DNA of 64,000 bases from assembly GCF_001194135.2 (NCBI RefSeq), contig NC_069006.1, positions 17,773,313 to 17,837,312 of the forward strand, written 5' to 3'. Of this stretch, positions 23,848 through 38,050 are shown piece by piece. The position numbers and the translations under genes were made by a program. Every line of letters starts with the position of its first letter. The stretch's first letter is position 1. The notes under the pieces were generated by a model. The model made no database searches. It was not told the origin of the DNA and worked only from the letters and a program-made list of their open reading frames with translations. Source of the DNA: Octopus bimaculoides (taxonomy: Eukaryota).

Positions 23848-24090
23848 ATAAATGCTGAAGTAAATCTGTTCCTATTTTCACAGATCTGTAAGTTTGTGTC
23901 TTGGATTCTATCTGTCAGTCTGTCTTTCTCTCTCTCTCTCTCTCTTTCTCTCACATACACCCACACACACTGAGAAAGAAAGAAAGAAACCATAAATAAA
24001 GCCAGACAATCACACAGGCAGACAGACAGACTGACTGACTGCTGTGAACAGAATATAGTTAGTGTTAACTGACACACAATCATTGTAAGA
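23848..24090 (+). repeat. Local segmental duplication, copy 2 (paralogue of 17516-17760)
   Basis: Same blocks as copy 1; retains cag|ATCT|gtaagt. Confidence 0.85.
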
Positions 24091-25814
24091 TGTCTGTTTG
24101 TTTTAGAAGACATATTATGCTGACTTAATCACTAAACTACTATTAACTTTCCTTTCCTGCACACACACACACACGCACACACACACACACACACACACGT
24201 CTCTATATATCTATTGCAAATACAGTAAATGTTCCCTTTAATATCACTGACAATTTCCTCCTCCTCCTCCTAAACCCTGTCCACCTCTTATCTTCTCTAC
24301 TTGACATCTATTTACCACACCAACCAGCAAGCCAGCCAGACACCCCAAACACACACCCCTATTGCTCCCCCCCCCACTCAGATGTGATGCAAGCCATAAT
24401 TTATCACAGTTTTACTGCATCTATCATCTGCATGTCATCATTTCTCTCTCTCTCTCTCTCTCTCTCATTGCACTTAAACACAAGAACTACCACCACTACC
24501 ACCACCATCATCACCTCACCTCCACTTGTTTCCACCATCAGCCATCCTCATTTTGGTTTTACACAATCTAAGCCTTGCATCTCTGCACCTTATGAGATGT
24601 GCTTTCAGAGAGGCCAGAGAGGTTACAATCTTTATTTCATTGATATTACATCATCAGTAGTTTTGTTTTTTGTTGTTTCGTTTTGTTGGTTTTCTTTTTG
24701 TTTCTGTTCTTTTGTTACTTGTGTGATATCTTCAACCACGATATTATTCGTAAAGACCTCATCCAACAAATTATTAATACTCTTCTCTCTCTCATACACA
24801 CATACACACTCATACCTCTATCAGATACACCATTCACTAATTTTATTGTAAGTAATGAACTCCTCTCTACCCAGTACCTGCAGCCATAGTACGTCTGAGA
24901 AACTCTTAATTCCTCTTCACTCGGCACCAGCAGTCACTGTATATTTGAGAAACCCCTAACTTCTCTTCACTTAACACCATCAGTAGTCAGTCCTATGTCC
25001 AAGAAACCATAAGATCTTCTTCATTCAGTTAAAGCCAGCCATCAGTTCTCTCCTAAAAATATTCCCCTTGTTGTTTGTTGCTGTTTATCCTTAGGTCAGA
25101 CTTAGCATGCAGCAGACCTGTGATCAAAAGTATTTATACTATGACCATACATTCATTTATCGAATAATGTGAAGGCAGTTTGACTGCTACTTCTTGCAGG
25201 TCAATCGATTATGTCAAGACCCCTTTGGCATGTTACTGTTGTTGCTGCCCAACTCCAGGGTGAGTCTTGATGAAGCAAACACGCACACACACACGCATGT
25301 AATGGTTTCAAATTTTAGCACAAGGCCAGCAATTTTAAAGGGAGAATTAAGTCAGTTACACTGACTCCGGTACTCAACTGGTACTTCATTTTATTGACCC
25401 CAAGGGGATGAAAGGCAAAATCTACTTCAGTGGAATTTAGACTCACAATGTAACAAGCTTAAAGAAATACCACAGACGTATAATCAAAGATGTTTTTGCT
25501 ATAACCATTCCATCTTATTTTTGTACAAAGCGTCCTTCATTTCTAAAACAAAAATCCTAAACTATGATTTGAGGTCAGCTAAGAGAATTGATACCGTCCC
25601 CTACCAACATTTTTCAATGATAAAAACAAAATGGACATAGGTGCTGGCATGGCTGGGTGGTTAAGAAGCTGGCTTTCCAGCCATATGGTCGTGAGTCCAG
25701 ACTAACTGTGCAGCATGTGCTAGTGTCTTCTACTATAGCCTCTCACGAATCAAAGCCTTGTGAGTGGGTTGGTAGATGGAAACTGAAAGAATCTTGTGTT
25801 TTATATATATATAT

Positions 25815-26605
25815 NNNNNNNNNNNNNNNNNNNNNNNNNNNNNNNNNNNNNNNNNNNNNNNNNNNNNNNNNNNNNNNNNNNNNNNNNNNNNNNNNNNNNN
25901 NNNNNNNNNNNNNNNNNNNNNNNNNNNNNNNNNNNNNNNNNNNNNNNNNNNNNNNNNNNNNNNNNNNNNNNNNNNNNNNNNNNNNNNNNNNNNNNNNNNN
26001 NNNNNNNNNNNNNNNNNNNNNNNNNNNNNNNNNNNNNNNNNNNNNNNNNNNNNNNNNNNNNNNNNNNNNNNNNNNNNNNNNNNNNNNNNNNNNNNNNNNN
26101 NNNNNNNNNNNNNNNNNNNNNNNNNNNNNNNNNNNNNNNNNNNNNNNNNNNNNNNNNNNNNNNNNNNNNNNNNNNNNNNNNNNNNNNNNNNNNNNNNNNN
26201 NNNNNNNNNNNNNNNNNNNNNNNNNNNNNNNNNNNNNNNNNNNNNNNNNNNNNNNNNNNNNNNNNNNNNNNNNNNNNNNNNNNNNNNNNNNNNNNNNNNN
26301 NNNNNNNNNNNNNNNNNNNNNNNNNNNNNNNNNNNNNNNNNNNNNNNNNNNNNNNNNNNNNNNNNNNNNNNNNNNNNNNNNNNNNNNNNNNNNNNNNNNN
26401 NNNNNNNNNNNNNNNNNNNNNNNNNNNNNNNNNNNNNNNNNNNNNNNNNNNNNNNNNNNNNNNNNNNNNNNNNNNNNNNNNNNNNNNNNNNNNNNNNNNN
26501 NNNNNNNNNNNNNNNNNNNNNNNNNNNNNNNNNNNNNNNNNNNNNNNNNNNNNNNNNNNNNNNNNNNNNNNNNNNNNNNNNNNNNNNNNNNNNNNNNNNN
26601 NNNNN
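25815..26605. other. Assembly gap (representative)
   Basis: Run of N. Other gaps: 5887-6292, 6802-7068, about 28977-29200, 32522-32731, 41280-42079, 50661-51225, 55997-56103, 57234-57444, 63310-63525 and two short ones near 38505 and 52334. Confidence 1.
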
Positions 26606-26724
26606 TTAATTACATATTACCATTCTCCTCAGTGCAAACAAGAAGGGTACATCAGAAAAGTCATAACAGAAGAAAATTATGATGTTACAGGAAACTACAT
26701 GGAGTCTGCGTCGCATAACTCATT

Positions 26725-26783
<59 letters not shown>

Positions 26784-26789
26784 ATATAT

Positions 26790-27693
26790 ACAACGGGCTT
26801 CTTTCAGTTTCCATCTACCAAATCCACTCAAGGCTTTGGTCGACCTGAGAATATTAGTAGAAGACACTTGCCCAAGATGTCACACAGTGGGACTGAACCT
26901 GGAACCATGTGGTTGGGAAGCAAGTTTCTTACCACACAGCCACTCATGGCCATGCTGGGGCATTGCCTTGAAGGGTTTTTTAAGCCGAATGAATCAACCC
27001 CGGTACTTGTTTCTTTTTTAAGCCTGGTTCTTATTCTGTCAGTCTCTTTTTGCCAAACCACTAAGTTACAGAGACATAAACGAACTATGTGTGCATGTAT
27101 ATATATATGTATATGTGTGTGTGTATGCATGTATGTTTGTCCCTTACCACTGCTGACAACCAGTGTTGGTTTGTTTATGTCCCTTGGCGAAAGAGACTGA
27201 TAGAATAAGTAACAGGCTCTAAAAATAAGTACTGCTATTGATTTGTTCTACTAAACCCTTCAAAGTGATGCCCCAGCATGACCACTACTGTTAGAAGACT
27301 GAAGGAAATAAAGAAGGATTTGTCTGATGGCCACCCTCTGTGATTCGCTCCTTTGTTCAGCAACTAATTGCATGGGGAAGCGAAGTAAAAGCCAAGTCAT
27401 TAAGAAAATATCTCATGATGAAATTGTTTTAATCATATTCCTGTTTATTGGGCAACACCTCCACCCTCCGTTCCTTTTGCTATTTCTTTTTAATTGACTC
27501 CGAAGTACATTGCAACATCATATTTCATATTTTACACTTGTTTGTCGGATGTTGTTGATAGAAATATTACCAGCCACCAGGTAGCTGTAGCAGTGTTGTA
27601 GTGATGGTTCTGTGGTGGTGACGGTGGCGGCGGCTCTGGTAGTGTTGTGGTAGATCTGTGTGTGTGTGTGTGTGTATTTGTGTTCAGTAGGTG

Positions 27694-27753
<60 letters not shown>

Positions 27754-28330
27754 TACATTTTTTATTGTTTACTTGTTTCGGTTATTCGACTCTGGCCATG
27801 CTGGGGCACTGCCTTGAAGGATTTTTTTTTTTTTTAAATCAAACGAAACACCCCAGTATTTATTTCTTTTTAAAGCGTGGTTCTTAGTCTATCAGTCTCT
27901 TTTTGCCAAACTGCTAAGTTACAGAGACATAAACAAACCAAAACCAGTTGTCAAGTGGGAGACAAATACAGACACAAAGATCACACACACATACGAAAGG
28001 TTCAGTCCCATTGTGTGGCACCTTGGGCAAGTGTCTCCTGCTATATAGCCTCGGGCCAACCAAAGCCTTGTGAGTGTATGTGGTAGATGGAAAGTGAAAG
28101 AAGCCTGTCGTATATACATATGTGTGTGTGTGTGTGCCTGTGTTAGTCCCCCACCACTGCTTTGTGTATTTAAGTCCCTGTAATGTAGCGGTTCAGCAAA
28201 AGAGATCAAAAGAATAAGTGTCAGCCTTAAAAAAAAAACAAAAAAAAACATAAGCAGTGGGGTCGATTCACCGGACTAAAAAATTTTTCAAAGCGGTGCC
28301 TCAATGTGGTAGCTGTAACAAATATAAGGT
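26790..28330. mobile_element. Cluster of SINE family A pieces in both orientations
   Basis: Minus-strand pieces at 26790-27085 and 27765-27990; plus-strand pieces at 27140-27300 and 27998-28330. Confidence 0.85.
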
Positions 28331-29200
28331 AAAAGAAAGATATATAAGCAGGACAGATTCACAGACAGATATGTGTGTTTTGGATATGTAAATGTAGTTA
28401 CATACTCATGCACACCCATACTCACACGTGCACACACATGGATATGAAATGTTATGTTTAGTAAAATGATACTGATTACAATCAACCTCCGCTCTTAAAT
28501 CTTTCTCCCTTTAGTCACCCCAACTCTCTGTCTCCCTATATATATATATATATTCTCCACTACCCTATATCGACTCTGTTTTTTCTCTTACATATCCTAA
28601 GATCTGGGTCTGTCACTATTGTTGCCTCACCCTTCCCACACTACATTTACCAACCGACCAGCCAGCCAGTCAACCAGGGTACATAGAGGAGCATATATTA
28701 ATGTCACTAGTGGCTGGACTAAGAACTAGAGGGAGATGAGTGTGGGGTACTGTGACACTAGCAGCTGGATGGCATTAAGACATTCTTTGGAATATAGGGG
28801 ACAGAGAACCATTCAAATGCATACACTCACACATACACTCATACACACATTGTGCGTATTAGATATGTTTGCATGTGTGTGTGTGTGTGTATACACACAC
28901 ACACACACTAATTCATAAACATGTGGGAAGCAAATTGTTACCACACAGCTATGCCTTATATATATATATATATATANNNNNNNNNNNNNNNNNNNNNNNN
29001 NNNNNNNNNNNNNNNNNNNNNNNNNNNNNNNNNNNNNNNNNNNNNNNNNNNNNNNNNNNNNNNNNNNNNNNNNNNNNNNNNNNNNNNNNNNNNNNNNNNN
29101 NNNNNNNNNNNNNNNNNNNNNNNNNNNNNNNNNNNNNNNNNNNNNNNNNNNNNNNNNNNNNNNNNNNNNNNNNNNNNNNNNNNNNNNNNNNNNNNNNNNN

Positions 29201-29240
<40 letters not shown>

Positions 29241-29264
29241 GCACATAACGTGTGTGTGTGTGTG

Positions 29265-29610
29265 TGGTAGAAGCATGTCTGTATGGTAACAAGTTTGCTT
29301 CCCAACCACATGGTTCCTGGTTCAGTCTCACTGTGTGACATCTTAAGCTGATGTCTTCTACTATAGACCCTTGACCAAAGCCTTGTGAGTGGATTAGGTA
29401 AACATATGTCTACGTATGTTTGTATTTGTCCTGCATCACTACTTGACAACTGGTGTTGGTTTATTTACATCCTTGTAACTTAATAATTGATGGAAAGAAA
29501 CCAATGGAGCAAATACCAGACTTAATATTAAGTACTGAGTGTAATTTGTTTGACTTAACTCTTCATGGTGGTGCCCCAGCATGGCCACGGTCGAATGAGT
29601 GAAATGAATA
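29265..29610 (+). mobile_element. SINE family A
   Basis: Head-to-tail collinear with the consensus seen in this window. Confidence 0.85.
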
Positions 29611-29649
29611 AAAGGAAAGAAAAAAGAGATTTAAATCCACATTCATATT

Positions 29650-29684
<35 letters not shown>

Positions 29685-30143
29685 ATGTATTCTGTTTGAT
29701 TGTCTCTGCTTCCTCTTTTCTGATGTCCTATGTCTCATTCTAACTGTTTCCCCATATTCTATTGCCTTCCCTCCAGTCCTCTTAATCCCCTCCTCTTTCA
29801 TATCTCATCACCATGTCTTGTTTCCCCCCTGCCTTTTACTGGACCCATTATCTACCACTCTTCTGGGCTATCCTCTTTACAACCATCCACCCACCCACCA
29901 ACCAACATACATCCACTCAGTGTATGTTTGTGTGTGTGTGTGTTTATGTATTAGAGAAACACTTTTATGGTATTGCTTAAAGAGTCCCTGTAGAGTGTGT
30001 TATGGTATCTGAACTTCCATTTGGTTGTTAATTCAGCTGAGTGGAGGTCTCTTGGGGATGAGGATGGTCTCTTAGGATCCTCCTATCATGTCCTAAACAT
30101 ATGCACTGGATAACCACAGTAATTATGCCTCTCTTTCTCATCC

Positions 30144-30199
<56 letters not shown>

Positions 30200-31480
30200 G
30201 ATTAAGACCCACATGTTCCTAGTCACATAATCTGGATATGCCTCTCTTGGGTTATATTATCACAAAGTGCTCCATGTTTAAAAGTGGTCAGGACTAAGGC
30301 AGTTGTCTACATAATTAATCCTTTTGTTAGTTTTTACATCCATTTTTTCCATGCTGGCATGGGTTAGGTGAATATATTATGAGGTGTTGTTTTACTGTTG
30401 GATGCTCTTCCTGTTGCTAACCGTAACCTGCTTTACAAATCAGAGATCCCATTATATCATGTCTTTGAAGGTGCAAAATGAGCAGACAGTTTGTTGACAG
30501 GAAAAGTAACAAGAACAAAAATAACAGCAACACCACCACTTGTAGCTTGGAATTTTTGTAGTGTGCTTATTTAAACAAAACACACCAATACATACACCTC
30601 TCTATACATACATTCACAAGCACATGTAGTAATTGCCATCTCTTCAATTCGTAAATGCCTAGTAAGTCCAACTTTGACAGATGGATCCTACAGCAGATGT
30701 TACAAACATTTTCAGGCTAGAAAGTGTCTGGGATTGAAGTCAAGTCCTGTTTATGAAGTGTTTGTTTCAAGATGGATTGCTCAATCCTCTGCATATCAAA
30801 TGCTTAATAACCATTGTAGATCACTCTTTTCGAAACCAATCAGTCCTCTGTCAACTGTTCCCAGTTTTCAGTATTCATACTACTTCATAAGGTAGTGAGC
30901 AAGTAGAATTGTTAATGAAATGCTTAGCAGTATTTTGCCTATCTTTACATCCTAAATTCAAATCCAGCCAAGGTCAACTTTGCTTTTTATGCTTTTCAGG
31001 GCTAATAAAATAATTACCAGTTAAGCACTGGGGGTCAATGTAATCAACCCAAAATTGCTGGCCTTGTGTCAAAATTTGAAGCCAATATTCACACTAAGAG
31101 CCTTATCCATTTAGCAGTCAAACCTGCCATATCCTGCCGAAATATTCTACCTGTTTTATGTTCAAACTGACAAGATCTGGCCTCTGCCATCTACCCTGTA
31201 ATTTCATTCTTAAAATAAACAATCAGTTCATCAAAATCTCAAGGCTACAAGATAATGCATGATTAATTGGAAACAATATGGATAGATAAGCATTACATAT
31301 GAGAAGAATAGCAGTTTAGCAAAAGCAGACCAATAAAATAAGTACCTTCAAGACAGTACCTCAATATGGCTGCAGTTCAGTGACTAAACCAAGTGAAAGA
31401 ATAAACAGATATCACACACACACACACACATATACACACGTGTGTGTGTGGCTGTACCAATGTGTGTGTGTGTGTGTATG

Positions 31481-31517
<37 letters not shown>

Positions 31518-33109
31518 TTACACACACACATGCATACTTACACAGAGGTATACATTACATATATACATACGCAAATATATGATATATATGCACACGCAGT
31601 TTTAAGCGTATGCATATACATACACAGTAGTGCTTGAGTGAAACGAATCAGTTGCCAGCCAGTTTCCAGCATCTTACTAAAAATACTCCTAGTGTCAGTT
31701 ATAAAATGTTAATATATACCTTGAAGAAATTTCCTTGTATCTATCCACACCTCCTTTCTCCTTCTTTTTCTTTCTCTTTCTAAAAACAATCTAGGAAGTT
31801 AGTTTATCTCTCAATGTGGTGGCCACGACAGTCATAAATTACCATCAAACAAACTAATACACACTTCTTTCTCGCTTTACTCTATTCAAATAGAGATTTT
31901 ACATCCTTTACCATAAATTTTCTTCATAGCTATTTGCTCTTGCTTTTATTGTCTTGTTTGGGTCATGGAGGTTTGGTGGTGGTGGTGGTGGGGGGGTATT
32001 GCCCCCCCTCCTTCTTTCTCTTCAAGTTCTTGCTGTGTTTTGTACATGTACTTTGTACAGCTTTCAGCTTTTAACTGTCATAATCTCTGGTATAGCAAGA
32101 AGCGCTATCAAACACCTACCTGGTTTTTAGTAGCTCATTAAATCAGAAAACACTTTGATGTGGAAGCTCTGACGGTTCCACCTGTTTTAATAACCGTTAT
32201 CCAGAGGAATTAATTAGGGTTAATTTCTGGTGTTTCCTTTTAAGATAACGCAGTTTTTAAAAGAACTACTTGGATGGCTTACTTATATCCATAATACTTT
32301 GCCATTATTATTTATTTCACTTGCAGAGTTTTGACAAATAGCTGTTGTCATTTGTGGGATGGATCTGGCTATTGGCCAAGATCAATTTGAACTCGGAACA
32401 GAAGGCCAGAAGATATACCACTAAACGTTTTGTCCAACAGGCTAACAATTCTGGAAGCTAGCCACCTTAAACAATAGAAATAAATAATCCTTTCTACTTT
32501 CAGACACAAGGACTGAAATTTNNNNNNNNNNNNNNNNNNNNNNNNNNNNNNNNNNNNNNNNNNNNNNNNNNNNNNNNNNNNNNNNNNNNNNNNNNNNNNN
32601 NNNNNNNNNNNNNNNNNNNNNNNNNNNNNNNNNNNNNNNNNNNNNNNNNNNNNNNNNNNNNNNNNNNNNNNNNNNNNNNNNNNNNNNNNNNNNNNNNNNN
32701 NNNNNNNNNNNNNNNNNNNNNNNNNNNNNNNTTTTTTTTCTTCTATCATGCAAACAACTCTGCCTGCTTGATGCCTAAATGATAATGGTTTCAAATTTTG
32801 GCACAAGGCCAGCAATTTCAGGGGTGGGGTTAAGTTGATTACATCAACTCCAGTGCTCAACTGGTATTTATTTTATCGACTCCAGAGGATGAACTGTGAA
32901 GTTGACCTCGGCAGAATTTGAACTCAGGACACAAAGACAGAATAGATGCCACATTTTGTCCAGCACACAAGCAATTCTGTCTGCTTGTTTTTGTTACTGG
33001 GTGTGAATGTCTGTTGGTATCATGAGAGTAAACAGATACATAATGTTGGCGGAAGGGAAACTAGAGGTTCAAATATGCTGGTTTTCACCATGGTATTTTC
33101 ACTGGTCCT

Positions 33110-33780
33110 GCTAGTTGCTGGCAGAATCGTTAGCACACCAGGAAAATGCTTAGTGGCATTTCATCCATCCTTACGTTCTGAGTTCAAATTTCACTGTGGT
33201 CAACTTTCCTTTCATCCTTTTCAGATCAATAAATTAAGTACCAGTGGAGTACTGTGTCGATGTATTCAACTTAAGCTCTTCCTCAAAATTTGAGGCCTTG
33301 TACCTATAGTAGAAAGGATTATTACTATTATTATTGGTAAGCTGGCAGAATCATTAGCATGCTGGGCAAAATGCTTTTGTAGCATTTTGTCCATCTTCAC
33401 GTTCTGAGTTCAAATTCCACCAAGGTCAACTTTGCCTTCCATCTTTTTGGGGCTGATAAAATAAGTACCAGTTCAGTATTGGGTTTTATATCACTGACTT
33501 GTACCCTTCCTCAGAATTGCTGGCCTTGTGCCAAAATTTGAAACCATTACTATTATTATTATTATTATATCCATGGATAAGGCAATGGATTGGCAACATT
33601 GTTAGAGTATTGGATCAAATGCTTAGCAGTATTTCTTCCAGCATTTGCATTCTGAATTCTGTCAAGATGTAGTCTTTCAACCCTTTGAAGTTGTTGAAGT
33701 ACAATACTAGTCAAGTACTTGAGGTTGAGGGTATTGTGTAACCACCTCCCCTTAAAATTGCTGACCGTGTGCCTAAATCA
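33110..33780 (+). mobile_element. Array of three SINE family B copies
   Basis: Repeated heads and (ATT)n tails. Confidence 0.85.
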
Positions 33781-33799
33781 GACATCTCTGTTGTAGCCA

Positions 33800-34262
33800 G
33801 GGAGATATTTGTCTCTCATTCAGTGCCACATAAAAAGCACTGGTGCTGGTGCCAAGTAAGAAGCATTGGAACTGGTGCCACATAAAAAGCACCCAGTACA
33901 CTCTGTAAAGTGGTAAGCAATTAGGAAGGGCGTCCATGCCAAAACTGACCTCACCTGTGCTTGTGCCCGGTAAAAAGCCCTCAGTCCTCTCTATTGAGTA
34001 ATTGGTGTTAGGAAGGGCATCCAGCCACAGAAACCTTGCCAAAACAGACACAGAAGTCTGGGGCAGGCTCCTGCCTGGCCAGCTCCTGTCAAATCGTCCA
34101 ACCCATGCCAGCATGGAAGGCAGACATTAAACAATGATGATGATGATGATCCGGCCCTAGAAACCAAGTCCAGAACAAACAATGGAGCCTGGTGCAGCTC
34201 CCTACCTTACCAGCTCCTTATCAAACCGTCCAACCCATGCTAGCATGGAAAATGAACATTCA
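33800..34262 (+). mobile_element. Retroposon family C ending in (GAT)n, plus a second 3' piece
   Basis: GGAAGGGCATCCAGC..AAACCGTCCAACCCATGCCAGCATGGAA..(GAT)n. Also at 41245-41279, 44775-44915 and 59800-60055. Confidence 0.75.
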
Positions 34263-35049
34263 CTTAACATCTCTGTAGAACTATCCACCAGCACCATATG
34301 AAACCCTGCAGTAGTAGATCTATTATCATTACGAAACGATAAACTTTTAAGTTTAATCTCACATAAAGCACTGTGCTGTCTTAACCTCCCACCTCTTTAC
34401 CACAATGATTTACATTTCTTTTCATGTTTTTCTTCTCTTCACATCTCTTTTTTCTTTCTGTCATTCTTTTGTGTTTGTAATCAGTTCTGTGGGAATAGAC
34501 AGTCCAGTCAGCTGTACAATTAATAGCTCATAGTTACTGATTCACTGGAAATCTTCAGAGACAAACTTATCTAAGGCGTCATCAGTAGTTTATAGAGAAA
34601 ATGTTGTCATCATCATGATATAATATTAAATATCCTTGAAGGATTTGGCAGAAAACTAGTGAAGAGTACTGTCTCAAACCATTGATTTCTTTTCCTGCCT
34701 TTTTGATGTATGTGGTTGCTTCTAACCCCTCTCCCTCTCTCCTTCTCTCTCTCTCTCTCTCTGTCTCTCTGACCTTTGCCATGATTATTCTATAAATTGA
34801 TGTACATTGTTTTTTAATTTGCTACCTTAATCCAAATGTAAATGTCATTTTATGTCAATATCTTGTATTTGGGACAGTTATATGGTCTCTGTATTAGTGT
34901 AGTGGCAGAAGTTGGGGGTGATGTAGGGAGTTATATTGATTAGTGGTGAGGGGGAGGAGTGCACAATGTGGTTGTTTTTGCGTTTGTTTTGTTTTTAATC
35001 ACCTTAGCATCTGTTCATCCACCCACCCACCCCCCGTCCATACATATAG

Positions 35050-35425
35050 GTGCAGGTGTGGCTGTGTGGTAAGAGGCTTACTTCACAACCACATAGTTCT
35101 GTATTCAGTTCCACTGCACGGCACCTTGGGCCAGTGCCTTCTACTATAACCTCAGGCTGATCTATGCTTTGAATGGATTTGGTAGACAGAAACTGAAAGA
35201 AGCCTGTCATGTACGTGTGTCTGTGTTTGTCCCCCGCCACTGCTTGACAACTTGTGTTGGTGTGTTTATGTCCCTGTAACTTAGCAGTTTGGCAAAAGAA
35301 ACTGATAGAATAAGTACCAGGCTTTAAAGAATAAGTATTGAGGTTGACTCATTCAACAAAAAATTCCTCAAGGTGGTGCCCCAACATGATGGCAGTCTAA
35401 TTACTGAAACAAGTAAAAGATAAAG
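35050..35425 (+). mobile_element. SINE family A, full length
   Basis: GGTGTGGCTGTGTGGTAAG head through to the GAAACAAGTAAAAGA tail. Confidence 0.9.
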
Positions 35426-35799
35426 ATACATTCCTCCAAATATACTTCAGTGCTATTTGAAGGCCATATTGTTCTTTTAGCCCTAGGTTCCACCCTGACC
35501 CAGCAGAACTATGAGGGAAAGTATTATAGCCAAGACTCCTTCACTCCTTTAGGACTAAATGAGCTGATCCAATGTATCTTTCTGATTTGAGGGAGATTTC
35601 TTTGCATTACTTATACTCCCTTCTGCCCCCTCCCCCCACACACATCTATATATTGCAGGTTCAGTTAATAGTATCCACTATGGTACTGAAATGTGATTGG
35701 CTAGATATTTTCTCCTATTGTTCAACTATGTTATGTCTCTAGCTGTTTGTGACAGTCAAACATTTATTATTCCATCCATCTTTTTTGCCTGCTGTACTT

Positions 35800-36110
35800 T
35801 GGAGAGTCTTAGAGCTAGAGTCCTTGGGTACCACCTTGTCCATAGGGTCCTATCAGAAGCAATCATCATTAGACTCTTCAGCTGGATTCCCAAATGTGAC
35901 CAACTGAGGCTATGGATATTATCTAACCATCTTGTTCTTGGTCTACCCCTAGGTCTCCTGCCACTTGGCTCATCTTGAAGAATTCATCTTGCAATTCTTT
36001 CCTGCTACATTCTAATCACATATCCACAGTACCAGAACCGTGACCTCTCAAGTGCAAAGAAGTTAGCAGCTTGACCTGGAGAAACTCCCTGCTCTCTGAG
36101 CTATGCATCC
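35800..36110 (-). mobile_element. RTE-clade LINE ORF2 C-terminal remnant with stop codons
   Basis: The - strand translates as ERSRFWYCGYVIRM*QERIAR*ILQDEPSGRRPRGRPRTRWLDNI, matching the RTE motifs W.GHV.RM and G.RPRGRP..RW.D.I. Confidence 0.85.
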
Positions 36111-36326
36111 TGTTATTATTTCCCCCCACCCTATTTAAAATACTATGTCAACTATTTAAATGAGCAATAAGCTGACTACACTGTTGCCCAGTTTAACAAC
36201 ACCACTACCTAGTCATGGGCTGTCTTTAAACAGAGTTCTTTCACTTTGTTGCTTGCTTTTGGACCAAACAGAACCTAGTTCCCTTCTTGACTATGTTACA
36301 TAAAAGTTAGTTTAGCTTTTTATATT

Positions 36327-36780
36327 TTAAGTACCCTGTGCTCTTGTGTATTGTACATACCCCAGCTTCTCTTTTGCCACTCTACATATTCTGAGTGTAA
36401 GTCTTAGGTATGTTTCATGTAGCTTCTCCTTGTCTACTCTCTGTGTTCCGAGTCTTAGATCTGATTCTATAGGAAAAGCTTCTCTTTTGAGACTTTTCAT
36501 GTTCTGTAAATCTTGGCTGTGATTCTGTATAAGAGAGCATGTCTTCTTCATTCCCTTGTCCTGCTCTACGAAATAGAGTTCCATCCTATGAAATTTAGTG
36601 TAGCTGTTCTCCCAATTTGGTCCTGCCATGCTTTGATCTTTCTTTCCCTCTGGCTCCTAGCTTGACACCTGTCCTACCAGAAAACCTGAGGTAGACAAGC
36701 AACGACAAACAAATCTTAATCCTTCACTTGGTGTCATACTGTCTGACCCTTGGGTGTCTTTTGAGGAATTGCAAGCTTCC
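36327..36780 (-). mobile_element. Probable decayed LINE AP-endonuclease remnant (contains ORF 36327-36629)
   Basis: Ordered motif echoes: EGLRFVC (like NG.RL..FC), KAW-AGPN across a 1-nt frameshift (like TW..P), ELYFV (like IDYILV), SDLRL (like SDHRL). Same strand as the adjacent RTE piece. Confidence 0.5.
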
Positions 36781-37665
36781 ATTCCAGGTTTTTTTATATA
36801 TTCTTCCCGACTAATCTTAGTGGCCCTGTAAAAGTCGCTTGCAGTGCTCTGTCTTCTGTTAATAAACTACAAAAGACGAAGAAGCACAAATTGTCAGATC
36901 AACTGTAATCAAAGTCAAACTGTTTTAGTGCTCCTGTGTGTTTAGTATGAGTTACTTGTTGTCCAATAATAATAATAATAATAATAATAACAACAACAAC
37001 AACATTTCCTTTTATTGATTGGAATGTTAATTTTAGCATTAAAGCCTGAAAGCTGTGGCTAATATATAATAAGAATTTTGCACCGAAACTCTATCGCCAA
37101 ATTTATTGATTAGATCAAAGTTATATATCTGCAATTAGGTTGCAATCTAACTGCCACCACTTCACCCTTACCCCTTCCACCTTTTCGCTGTTGCAAGCCG
37201 CGTCTGTTTAGCTGCGCCTGCTGCCACCTACAATATGTAATGATGATAAAGGAGCCATCAAGAGAGCTGGCAATTTCTGTGTGATTTATTGCGATGAATA
37301 TTTTCATTTAGCACTTGCCTCCAGATAGCTGATACCTCTAGCATTAGTTACCTTGCCATGCACTTCTTCTTGCTATTTGATATTCAAACAGCTATGGGGG
37401 TTATTATTTTATTTATTCCCCGCTTCCGCACACACACACACACACACACTACACTCACACACACACACTCACACAGGCACACACACTTACTCATTTGTAT
37501 TTCTTCTATTGCTATCGGGTGCTGTTTATGATATGATATCCTCTCAGTGTTTATTTCACCATATGTTATCTCTTCACTCTTATGTTGTGTGATACATCTT
37601 TTTTGGTTTATTTTATTAGTTTATTTCATTTTCATTTCTTGCTCACAGCCATATGCACACACATG

Positions 37666-37721
<56 letters not shown>

Positions 37722-37863
37722 TCTGCACACTTTTATACATATACACATAGATACACACATACCTATATACATACATCTTTGTACACATACCATGCATGTG
37801 CATGAAAGCACACACACACATGTATATGCATGCTTATGCGAACATATTTATATGTGTGTGTTG

Positions 37864-37899
<36 letters not shown>

Positions 37900-38015
37900 G
37901 TATATTCAGAAAGAGATAGAGGGAGGAAATGGTAAATTACCATATGAAATCCATTTTCTTCACTGCTAATCTATACTGTATCTGCTTTCTGTCTCTCGTG
38001 ATCCGGTTAATATAA

Positions 38016-38050
<35 letters not shown>

